DNA of 63,347 nucleotides, the filler included. It is 9 parts of 9 records of this genome, joined end to end, with 100 filler letters (N's around TTAATTAATTAA, not from the genome) between each part and the next. Parts side by side here need not be neighbours in the genome. Positions count along the whole stretch, not along the records: positions 24,899 to 30,293 come from SRR31147125_18155; positions 30,394 to 35,502 come from SRR31147125_18166; 7 more parts are not named here. The stretch is one strand, 5' to 3'. Every line of letters starts with the position of its first letter. Within the stretch, counting starts at the first letter, position 1. Under the pieces are notes generated by a model that had not been told where the DNA came from, searched no databases, and saw nothing but the letters and a program-made list of their open reading frames with translations. Positions 25,914-35,602 of the stretch are shown here, piece by piece. The position numbers were made by a program, and so were the translations under genes.

Positions 25914-26807
25914 TTAACCGTTAGTCCATTGATTATGCTTACTCTCCATGAAATAGACATAAGCATGCTCTAGGTTTGGATCAATGCGATGTCCGTAATA
26001 ACCATTTATCTCATCGGCAACTACCTGAATTTCCCAACCTTCACTGGTAGGCACATTTGAGATAACAGGGAACTTTTCATTAATTTCCATGTACTCACTT
26101 TCAGTAGCTTTTATCAACCAAACCTTACCTGCTGCTTGAGCAACCAAATCATCAGGCGAACCACAGTAAGCTAGCTCCCCACTATTTAACAATGCCATAT
26201 TTTCACAGGTACTGGAAATATCTCCCACAATATGGGTAGATAAAATAATAATTACATCATTGGTTGAAATGGTAGAAAGCAAATTTCGAAAGCGAATTCG
26301 CTCTTCAGGGTCAAGCCCAGTAGTAGGCTCATCAACCACAATAATCTGAGGACTATTAATTAATGCCTGTGCAATACCAAGTCGGCGCTTCATTCCTCCA
26401 GATAATTTATTGGCTTGCCTATCACGTGCTTCAAAAAGGCCAACTTCCTCCAGCATCTTATCACAGGCATTTGCTCTTTCTGCTGGTGATTTCATTCCTG
26501 CCAACCGTGCGGCATAATCCAAAAATTCGTATGTTTTCAATTTTGAAAAGAAACGGAAATCCTGCGGCAGATATCCCAGCATTTTTCGAATTTCCTTCCG
26601 GTTTTTCACCAAGTCATAGCCATTTACTTTTACCTGACCTTCTGAAGGCTTCATTAAGGTAACCAGAATGCGCATCAGGCTAGACTTTCCTGCTCCATTA
26701 GGGCCAAGCAAACCGAACATACCATTTTCAATTTCTAAATCTACATTGCTTAATGCCCGGTTGCCGTTGGGGTAAATTTTACTTAGGTCGTCAATCTTTA
26801 TTTTCAC
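25914..26807 (-). CDS. ABC transporter ATP-binding protein
   Basis: GPNGAGKS, LSGGMKRR, VDEPTTGLDP and STH. Confidence 0.95.
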   Translation of the reverse strand: MKIKIDDLSKIYPNGNRALSNVDLEIENGMFGLLGPNGAGKSSLMRILVTLMKPSEGQVKVNGYDLVKNRKEIRKMLGYLPQDFRFFSKLKTYEFLDYAARLAGMKSPAERANACDKMLEEVGLFEARDRQANKLSGGMKRRLGIAQALINSPQIIVVDEPTTGLDPEERIRFRNLLSTISTNDVIIILSTHIVGDISSTCENMALLNSGELAYCGSPDDLVAQAAGKVWLIKATESEYMEINEKFPVISNVPTSEGWEIQVVADEINGYYGHRIDPNLEHAYVYFMESKHNQWTNG

Positions 26808-26971
26808 TGCTTTTCAGGATCAATTTATTAGGTAGACTACTATTATTCAGAATCGTTTAATTGCTTTGACCATTAAATTACACAGAAGTTACTGAAATAT
26901 TGAACTTTTTTCGATGAACAATAGATTAATTAGGATGTATCCTTGATTTGTACAAGTCAGATTTCTACAAT

Positions 26972-27003
26972 AAAAAAAGACCCTCATAAAATGAGAGCCT
27001 TTT
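26972..27003 (-). terminator. Probable intrinsic terminator of the 27042-27722 gene
   Basis: Minus strand AAGGCTCTCAT-TTT-ATGAGGGTCTT followed by a T run. Confidence 0.55.
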
Positions 27004-27041
27004 GCAACAGTGTCTAATTGTTTCTAAGCTTTGCTTACTGT

Positions 27042-27722
27042 TTAATCTTCTTCAATAACTTCAACTTCTACATCCACATCAATCTCCTCAGCTTCACTTT
27101 TCTTTCGTATAATTTCAATTTTTTCGCGCCCTCCACTTAAATCTTTCTTTTTAAAAGAAATGATATCTGGATCTTCCAGGAAGATAACCATCTTGTCATC
27201 CAAATGCTTCTTAATTATTTTACAGGGCATTGGTGGATGAGGAACATCAGGAAATTTTACCATTACATGAGGACGTTTCATTCGTATTATCTTTTCCTTA
27301 CAAGTCCCATCTCCGTGTTTCATCATAATAACTTTCACAATCGAATCACCATCAACGATTGTTTCGGTGTCAATATCAAAGTCAAAGTCCATATCAAAAT
27401 CTTCATCTCCAAAAGCGAACACCTTCACTTTTTCGTTACCATTTACCTCATCAATAATTACTTCTATTTTCTTGAGTTTTTCTTTTACAACCGAGTCAAT
27501 ATCCGAACCTAAATCGTAATGAGAGAACCATTCAAACGCATCTTCATCACCAGCTAAAACGGTATCGATAACGGTTTTTTTGCCATCTTCCACTTTTACC
27601 ATTTTCAGCTTTTTCTTTTTCTCTCCTCGTGGAGGATCTTCAGGATTTTCCCTAAGAGAAAAACCCAACAAAACAAAGAAGCTCAGAATAGCTAATAAAC
27701 TTGTTTTCAATACTGTCTTCAT
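27042..27722 (-). CDS. Hypothetical exported protein, acidic/Lys-rich
   Basis: N-terminal signal-like segment MKTVLKTSLLAILSFFVLLGFS; divergent from the histidine kinase. Confidence 0.75.
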   Translation of the reverse strand: MKTVLKTSLLAILSFFVLLGFSLRENPEDPPRGEKKKKLKMVKVEDGKKTVIDTVLAGDEDAFEWFSHYDLGSDIDSVVKEKLKKIEVIIDEVNGNEKVKVFAFGDEDFDMDFDFDIDTETIVDGDSIVKVIMMKHGDGTCKEKIIRMKRPHVMVKFPDVPHPPMPCKIIKKHLDDKMVIFLEDPDIISFKKKDLSGGREKIEIIRKKSEAEEIDVDVEVEVIEED

Positions 27723-27756
27723 AACATTATTTTTTTGGTTTGAATTTATTCTGAAA

Positions 27757-27859
27757 CAAAGGTATGGGGAGTAAACACCAAAACTCAGTTAATGCCTGGT
27801 TAAAATCTGTTAAGGGAAAGTTAAAACCCAACAGTCTCTTTATGAAATGCTTATCTTTG
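27757..27859. promoter_or_regulatory. Divergent Bacteroidota promoters with four GTTAA direct repeats (OmpR-family box)
   Basis: TAnnTTTG -7 elements on minus (27757-27764) and plus (27852-27859); GTTAA at 27788, 27799, 27809 and 27820. Confidence 0.65.
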
Positions 27860-27863
27860 AATC

Positions 27864-29513
27864 ATGAGCAAACGGTTTTTCACTTTTCTGCTGGTTTTAA
27901 TGGGGCTTTCTATTCTTGGAGTGATTGCGGTTCAGTTGGTATGGATGAAAAATGCCATTCAGGTGAAAAACGAGCTATTCGACAGAAGTGTAGCAGAAGC
28001 ACTTAGTCAAACAGCACAAAAAATTGAGTTAGAGCAGGACATTCAAATTATTGCCGGCTTCTCAAATCTGGAAGATGAGAATTGGGATTTTGCACCAAAA
28101 GTCTTGCCTCCAAAGCCACCCAAAGTACCTGTTAAAATAATTCGCGAGTTCAAAGATCAGGGAAAATACAGATTCAAAGTTGAAGTAGAAAATGATGACG
28201 ACAACGATAATGAAGTTGAAGTATTTGCTTTTTCAAGCTCAGGAGAAGATTCATTTGAGCATGAAGTTCATATTACACATAAAGATACTGTTCTCACGAC
28301 TACAGATATTATTTTAGCAACCAGCGAAATCTACCTCGATTCTATCACCCGTGTAATAGATTCAATTGTTGAACTATCTCCGGAAATAATATCACCGAAG
28401 ATTCATGAACGGGTTCAGTTTAAAACGAAGAAACTAAAGAATCTAACCCGCCAGGTAGTTTCTGAAATAACGACAAGTGATAGCTTGAATATGGAAGAAA
28501 TTCAGGAAATTGTTCAGTCCGAGCTCGAAAATAGAAACATTGATATTGATTTTGAATTTGCGGTACTGGAAAGTGATACCATTCAGTCAATATCAAATAA
28601 ATCCGACAGTTTAAAATTAACCAACAGTAACTACCAAGTACATTTGTTCCCTGATGCAATTTTTGCTAAAGACAAAAAATTATCGCTATTCTTCCCCGCC
28701 CAAAACAAATACATCTACCGTTCGGTTTCCTGGCTATTAGCTGCATCATTTTTATTCTCAATGATCATCTTATTGACATTTGCTCTTAGTATCTTTTTCA
28801 TATTAAAACAGAAAAAAATATCTGAAATGAAATCGGACTTTATCAACAACATGACCCACGAATTTAAAACGCCAATTGCCACTATCTCGGTTGCTGCCGA
28901 TTCAATTTCTAATAAGAAAGTAATCAGTGATGCTGAGCAGATCAACTATTTTGTTGGGATGATCAAAAAAGAAAACACAAGAATGAACAGACAGGTAGAG
29001 GATATTTTAACTATTGCTCGTTTAGATAAGAAAGATTTTGAATTTCATTGGGAAACCGTAAATATTCACCAGATAATTGAGGAAGCAATTCAGAGTATTG
29101 TTTTGCAGGTTGAACGCCGAGGCGGGAAAATTGAAAAGAAAACTGCTGCCACAAATCCAATGGTCACTACTGATAAAAATCATTGTGCTAACCTAATTTA
29201 CAACCTGTTGGACAATGCTAATAAATATTCTCCTGAAAATCCGGAAATTACTGTTGAAACAAAAAACACATCGAAAGGTATTATTATTAGTATAAGTGAT
29301 AAAGGAACAGGTATGAGCAAACAAGTGCAAGCACGTATTTTTGAACGGTTCTACCGACAAAGTAGCGGTAATATTCACAATGTAAAAGGATTTGGACTAG
29401 GGCTTAGCTATGTAAAAGCCGTTCTTGAAGCTAACCATGGAGATATTAGCGTACAAAGTGAACCAGGAAAAGGCAGCAGCTTTGAAGTGTTTTTACCTTT
29501 TTCGAGAATATGA
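27864..29513 (+). CDS. Sensor histidine kinase
   Basis: Two TM segments, H-box NNMTHEFKTP, N-box NLLDNANKY, G-boxes DKGTG and GFGLGL. Confidence 0.95.
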   Translation: MSKRFFTFLLVLMGLSILGVIAVQLVWMKNAIQVKNELFDRSVAEALSQTAQKIELEQDIQIIAGFSNLEDENWDFAPKVLPPKPPKVPVKIIREFKDQGKYRFKVEVENDDDNDNEVEVFAFSSSGEDSFEHEVHITHKDTVLTTTDIILATSEIYLDSITRVIDSIVELSPEIISPKIHERVQFKTKKLKNLTRQVVSEITTSDSLNMEEIQEIVQSELENRNIDIDFEFAVLESDTIQSISNKSDSLKLTNSNYQVHLFPDAIFAKDKKLSLFFPAQNKYIYRSVSWLLAASFLFSMIILLTFALSIFFILKQKKISEMKSDFINNMTHEFKTPIATISVAADSISNKKVISDAEQINYFVGMIKKENTRMNRQVEDILTIARLDKKDFEFHWETVNIHQIIEEAIQSIVLQVERRGGKIEKKTAATNPMVTTDKNHCANLIYNLLDNANKYSPENPEITVETKNTSKGIIISISDKGTGMSKQVQARIFERFYRQSSGNIHNVKGFGLGLSYVKAVLEANHGDISVQSEPGKGSSFEVFLPFSRI

Positions 29514-29615
29514 GAAGAGAAGAAGATGGGAATGGGAGAACAATTAAATGACATCAAAGAAAAATACATACTAGTTCTTGGCGAAAACTTAGCGTACTTG
29601 GCGGTTAAATAGAAG

Positions 29616-30293
29616 ATGATGAAACAAAATCCACATATTTTTTTGGTAGAAGACGACCTTAGTTTTGGGGCAGTTTTAAAATCATATCTGGAATTGAATG
29701 AATTTGACGTGAGCTGGGTAGATGATGGGAAGCTGGCAGTTGACCGTTTTCGCACAGGGAACTACGATATTTGCCTGCTTGATGTTATGCTTCCTAACGT
29801 TGATGGGTTCACAATAGGAGCAGAAATACGCAAGCTGAATGAAAAAATTCCGTTTATTTTTCTAACGGCAAAAACCCTTAAAGAAGATGTTCTAAAAGGC
29901 TTTAACATTGGTGCTGATGATTATGTGACCAAACCTTTTGATACCGAAGTTCTCATTTGCAAGATTAAAGCTATTCTAAATCGTGATGGGCAAAACCCCA
30001 ACAATAAGTCAACCACAAAATATCAATTGGGAAAATATGAGTTTGATATAAAACTACGTACCATTCAGAAAGATGAAACTCAACAAAAACTATCACCTAA
30101 AGAAGCTGAATTGTTACAATTGCTGTGTGAAAATAAAAATGAACTTCTGCCACGCGAAACAGCTCTGTTAAAGATCTGGGGTGATGATGGCTATTTCACT
30201 GCCAGAAGCATGGATGTATATATTACCAAGCTCCGTAAATACCTGGCAGATGATCCCTCTCTTGAAATTAAAAATATTCATGGCAGCGGTTTT
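29616..30293 (+). CDS. OmpR-family response regulator (3' truncated)
   Basis: LVEDD, LLDVMLP, FLTAK, DYVTKPF and winged helix RSMDVYITKLRK. Confidence 0.95.
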
Positions 30294-30393
30294 NNNNNNN
30301 NNNNNNNNNNNNNNNNNNNNNNNNNNNNNNNNNNNNNTTAATTAATTAANNNNNNNNNNNNNNNNNNNNNNNNNNNNNNNNNNNNNNNNNNNN
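30294..30393. other. Artificial contig spacer
   Basis: N run with TTAATTAATTAA linker. Confidence 0.98.
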
Positions 30394-31945
30394 TTCTTTT
30401 TGAACCCGTTCGAACGTCCATTTTCGATAGGATTTAGGGGGAGCATATGTTGGCAAACCTCGTCCATCCAGCCCTTCTCTCTTGCTACATTTGCTGCACC
30501 ACACGATTTTTTCGCAAATTCGGTTCGTGATTTGTGCCGCAAGGCTTCAGCCTTAAGTCTATCTTTGGTCCAATAACTACGAGGCTTTTTCACTGCTTCC
30601 ATATGACTACAAACCCCTTCCAACCAATCATTCTTCTTAGCCGTTGAATAAGCACCTGGATAATTAGCCCTAAAATCTTTCTTCGTAGTGTAATTCATAG
30701 CAACAGACAAAACCGAATCATAGTCCCAGTAATCAACGCTTCCGCCTAGCCCACCAAGAGCAAAGAAGCTATTTAGCATGGAGTAGCCCCATTTTTTATA
30801 AACGCCAAAATAATGCTTTTCTAATTCAACAGCTTCCTTTGCGGGAGGTAGTCCGTCAGCCGTATACTCTGAAGATCTCGGTTCTGGACAAGTTTAAATG
30901 TTGATTTGTTGTGCCCTGACATATGAGAGAGCATTCTTTTATCATAATCGAAAGTTAAGCCGACATAGGCCTCTTTGGCCGATTCTGAAACAAGTACATA
31001 GATACATCTGCTAAGCCTGTCTCCACACCTTCTCATGTGTGAGCAAACATCATTAAGCCAACTGTTTCTATGTGCTGCAGCATACGCATTCTTATTACCT
31101 AGATAGAAGTCCATGCGAGTTTCAAAGCGAAGAGCTATTTGCCGAACCCTATGTAGAGACCAATAGTTGGGAGGGCGAATGACTGAAACCATATGATTGC
31201 ATACATCATCCAGCCAATTATGGCGTTGGGCAGCTTGATAAGCATGTTTGTGTTTGCCATGGAACTCTTTTCTTGTTTTACAAAGGAGAGCTAAGGCATG
31301 AACCTCCTTCTTGGACCAATGATGATTTTGTTGAGCCATATGACTGCAAACTTCATCCAGCCACTGTTTATTCCTTGCTTTTGCATAGGCCGTAGGCTCC
31401 CCTATAGAGAATTCCTTCCTTGTCTTGAATTGCCTAGCTTTTTGATGAACAACTTCTTTTGTCCAATACCCATCGCGCCGTTTCATGTAACTCATATGTG
31501 AGCAGACATCCTGAAGCCAGCCATTTCTCTGTGCTGCCTGATAGGCATTCTTATATGCTTTGTTGAAATCCGAACGGGTTTGACACATGAGGGCTAATTT
31601 TTGAACTCTCCCCTTTGTCCAGTAACCTTTTGATACTCCTGGCCTCTTCATATGGACACAAACATCATCCAGCCACTGCCGACTTATCGCTTGCTTATAA
31701 GCAGTAGGGGCTTGCCTCCTAAAAGTTTCTCTACTGTTAAATTCCTTTGCTTTCTTATGAATAGCCTCTTTTGTCCAATCACTATTTAATTTTTTCATAT
31801 GAATGCAAGCAACTGTAAACCACCCATTTTTCTTCGCCGCAGCATACGCCCCAGGAGCATTATTATGAAAATCAGATTTTCGCTTGTACTTAAGAGCCTC
31901 CCGAATAACCCGTTCCTTGGTCCAAAAATTCCTTGGTCTACCCAT
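30394..31945 (-). CDS. GIY-YIG nuclease flanked by at least nine ~50-aa W-T-K...VCxHM repeats (one gene split by two apparent 1-nt slips; 3' truncated)
   Basis: Six repeats, then CIYVL...AYVGLT...KRMLSH. A frame change near 30845 gives AKEAVELEKHY...GYSMLN and joins the 30342-30779 ORF (repeats 7-8). A second change near 30445 gives RKWTFERVQKE (repeat 9). Confidence 0.8.
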
Positions 31946-32054
31946 CTCTCATATCACCAATACTCAACTTAACCACAGTTTAGACACTTTATAAGTTACG
32001 TCCCAATAGAGACGTAACTCATTGATTTATAGTTATCTCGAATTGAGGCCGAGT

Positions 32055-32285
32055 TTAGCGAGATCTCTCAATCAACAGCTTGATGCTATGCCAGAGTCGT
32101 TTATACCAAGGCACTCGTTCATAGATACGTTTGAGGGGTAAAAAAGATGGTACATGAGCTTCTGGGCAAGGCTCATCACGAACATTGGATTGCTCAGGTT
32201 CTAACTTGTCTTGCCGCATGCACTCCATTCTCTCCGATACATCGAGGATTTCGAAAGGGAGCTGAAGAGGCTCTTTTTCTTTCAT
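32055..32285 (-). CDS. Small hypothetical protein
   Basis: AAGGAG RBS upstream of the ATG; same strand as and upstream of the repeat nuclease; no recognisable motif. Confidence 0.45.
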   Translation of the reverse strand: MKEKEPLQLPFEILDVSERMECMRQDKLEPEQSNVRDEPCPEAHVPSFLPLKRIYERVPWYKRLWHSIKLLIERSR

Positions 32286-32756
32286 TTAGCACTCCTTTTA
32301 ACGCTGTCTGATCTCAGTTTAACTCAAAGAGATTTAGCTCCAAAAAGACTAAAAAAGACTATTTCAACACCCCTTGAAAAACCTAAAATCAAGTAAATTT
32401 GTGATAGTGTTCACTAACATCATTTTAAGCCCTGTGAAGGTGTTTTGGGACCTTCACCTACAGGCTAGATCCTGGCCGATAGAATCGCTCTCTGAACAAA
32501 CTTCCAACACGAAAAGGATAACAATAGATAACCTTAAACCCTCTTTAAACACACTTTCAACACATTCAGCGATAGCAAACACTAACCTATTTTTTGCTTT
32601 CCATCAGCTCACTATCTGGTGCCCCTACGTCAGATAGTCCTTCCCAAACATCGAGATTTCTAACTAAAAATTATATATTTCTTGCTCTTACCCGCTTTAC
32701 TGGTCAAAACAGTCGTTATAATAGCCCAAGCTTAGGACAAGCCTGTAGGAACTGAC

Positions 32757-35502
32757 ATGGCGTCAAACTTCGAATTCTTAGAGCAGCACGATCCAATATT
32801 TTTGCAGCTGGCGACGAGCGCTGAGAGGGTTTTCGCTGCCGATCCAAACACCACTCTTATTAAGCTACGGCAGTTTGCAGAGGCGCTAGCACAAGATATT
32901 GCGGTGCGCTGTGGTGTTCAGTTCGACAATCAAACAACCCAAGCGGATCTCATTCACCGTATTGATCGAGAATTACGGCTAGACCCTGCTGCACGACAGC
33001 TTTTCCATACATTGAGGATTGAAGGCAACAAAGCCACACATCAGTTCCGCACCAAACACAAAGAGGCTATGGATGGGCTGAAAGTGGCTCGGGCTCTTGC
33101 CATCTGGTTCCATCGGTCATTTTCATCGTCCGCTACTGCATTTAAGCCTGGTCCATTTATTCTTCCTGAAGATCCAAGTGAACACCTGCGCAAGTTACAG
33201 TCTGAAATCGCTAACCTTCGAACAGAGCTTGAAGATGCTAGTGAGCAACTCGATTCCAATCAGAAGCTCAACAACTTACTGGCTCAGGAAAAAGAAGAGT
33301 ACGAAGCCCTGGCCCATCAAATGGATGTCGAAGCCAGAAGCCTTGTGGAGCAGGCCAGATCTCATGAACAACAACTGACAGAACAACGACAGGAATTTGA
33401 AACCAAACTAGCCAAGTTACAACAACAACTGGCAGATAAAGCGCTTGCTGATACCAGCATCAAGCAAACAGCACAAAGGGTTAAGCAAGCGGCCGGCAAT
33501 ATTGAATTAAATGAAGAGCTCACTCGCATCATCATTGATCAACAGTTGGTGGAAGCCGGCTGGGAGGCAGACACCCAAGAGCTCACATACAAGAAAGGTG
33601 TTCGTCCAGAAAAAGGCCGTAATCTAGCCATTTCAGAATGGCCAACTCAAGGTAAACAGTCAGCCGATTACATCTTATTTGTCGATCTCACCCCTGTTGC
33701 GGTCGTAGAAGCCAAGCGGGTGAATACCAATGTCGCAGGCAAGATCACCCAGGCTGAGCGCTATGCCAAAAACATGAATATCAAAGCACCTATGCAAGGT
33801 GCATGGGAGCTCGAAGGACGCACAGTAGCCTGGGCCGATGATGCCGATGGCCATTACTTAGTGCCTTTCGTCTATTCTTGCAACGGCAGACCCTTTATCA
33901 AACAATTGAAAGAGCAGTCGGGTACTTGGTTTCGAGATGCTCGGGATGCCAGCAACACCAAGCAACCCTCCCCTCATTTCATTCACCTGCTGGCTTGATA
34001 GATAGACTCAAACGTAGCCGTCAGCAGGCAGAAACCAAATTGCAAAGCGAACCATTTGGCTATTTAAAACTGCGGAATTATCAGAAGAAAGCGATTCAAG
34101 CAACAGAGGCAGCGCTGGCTAACGATCAGCGAGAGTGTCTGTTGGCCATGGCAACCGGTACAGGTAAGACTCGTACCATCATTGGTCTGATTTACCGTTT
34201 TCTCAAAGCAGAGCGATTCAAGCGAGTTCTATTCTTAGTGGACAGAACCGCACTGGGTGAACAAGCACAAGATGCCTTTAAAGAAGCACCTCTGGAGCAA
34301 AACCAAACGCTGTCGAAAATTTATAATGTATCAGAGCTGGGTGACATGCAGGCCGAGGCTGAAACTCGCGTTCAGGTCGCTACCGTTCAGGCCATGGTCA
34401 AACGTATTTTCAGCTCAGATAACCCACCAACGGTTGATCAGTTTGATTGCATCATTGTGGATGAAGCCCACCGTGGTTACACCCTCGATCAGGAGATGAC
34501 AGAAGGCGAGCTAAGCACCCGAGATGCCAGTCAGTATCTGTCGGCATATCGTCGCGTTCTGGACTACTTTGATGCCGTCAAAGTCGGGTTAACGGCAACT
34601 CCCGCCAAGCACACAACTGAGATCTTCGGTAAGCCGGTTTACACCTATTCATATAGAGAAGCAGTGGCTGATGATTGGCTCATCGATCACGAATCCCCCA
34701 TTCGCTACGAAACCTTGCTGACCCAAAACGGCATTCAATTCACCAAAGGTGAGTCCGTTTCTGTGGTCAATACTCAAACGGGTGAACTTGACCTGGCTGA
34801 GCTGGATGACGATCTAAGTTTTGAGGTCGAAGCCTTTAACAAGCGCGTGATCAACGAATCTTTCAACCAAGTCATTTGCCAACAGTTAGCCCAGGAACTC
34901 GACCCGCTTGGCGATGAAAAGACCATGATCTTCTGCGCCACTGACCGCCACGCCGATATGGTAAAACGTCTGCTGGACCAATCCTTTAAGGACATTTATG
35001 GCAGTGAATACAACCAAGCAGCAGTTGAAAAAATTACTGGCCAGAGTGACAAGGTCAGCCAGTTAATCTCACGCTATAAGAATGAGCGCTACCCAAATAT
35101 TGCTATCACCGTCGACTTGCTCACCACGGGGATTGATGTACCTAAAATTTGCAACTTAGTATTCATGCGTAGGGTGCGCTCGAGGATCTTATACGAACAA
35201 ATGGTTGGCCGAGCCACCCGCCGTTGCGATGAGATCGGCAAGACAGTGTTCCGAATTTTCGACCCAGTTGATATCTACGCTGCTCTGCAAGATGTCTCTA
35301 CCATGAAGCCTTTGGTAAAAGATCCCAATGTGACTCTGGAGCAACTCGTGAACGAGCTGACCGATCCTGAGCAGCTAGAAAAAGCACTTGAAGCACCAGG
35401 AGCCCAAGAGGGCCAAAGCCACGCCGATGACGTACTCGATCAAGTCAGCCAAAAGGTCATGCGGATCTTACGCAAAGCCGATAAAAGAGCCGAAGACAAA
35501 CC
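32757..35502 (+). CDS. hsdR: Type I restriction endonuclease subunit R, EcoKI-like (frameshift near 33968; 3' truncated)
   Basis: N-terminal DUF4145-like domain and coiled coil, nuclease ADY...VVEAK, helicase MATGTGKT, DEAHRGY, GLTATP, LLTTGIDVP and QMVGRATR. Confidence 0.93.
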
Positions 35503-35602
35503 NNNNNNNNNNNNNNNNNNNNNNNNNNNNNNNNNNNNNNNNNNNNTTAATTAATTAANNNNNNNNNNNNNNNNNNNNNNNNNNNNNNNNNNNNNNNNNN
35601 NN
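35503..35602. other. Artificial contig spacer
   Basis: N run with TTAATTAATTAA linker. Confidence 0.98.

Noticed and set aside
29514-29615. Spacer between kinase and regulator as a small gene or sRNA
   Set aside because: Only a short CTTAGCGTACTTGGCGGTTAA repeat-like remnant; no supportable ORF or structure.
30394-31945. Repeats as classical zinc fingers or TALE repeats
   Set aside because: Only one conserved CxH pair per repeat and no C2H2 spacing; length and sequence do not match 34-aa TALE repeats.
32374-32637. 87-aa plus-strand ORF upstream of hsdR as a controller protein
   Set aside because: Non-ATG start, no clear RBS and no HTH-like pattern.
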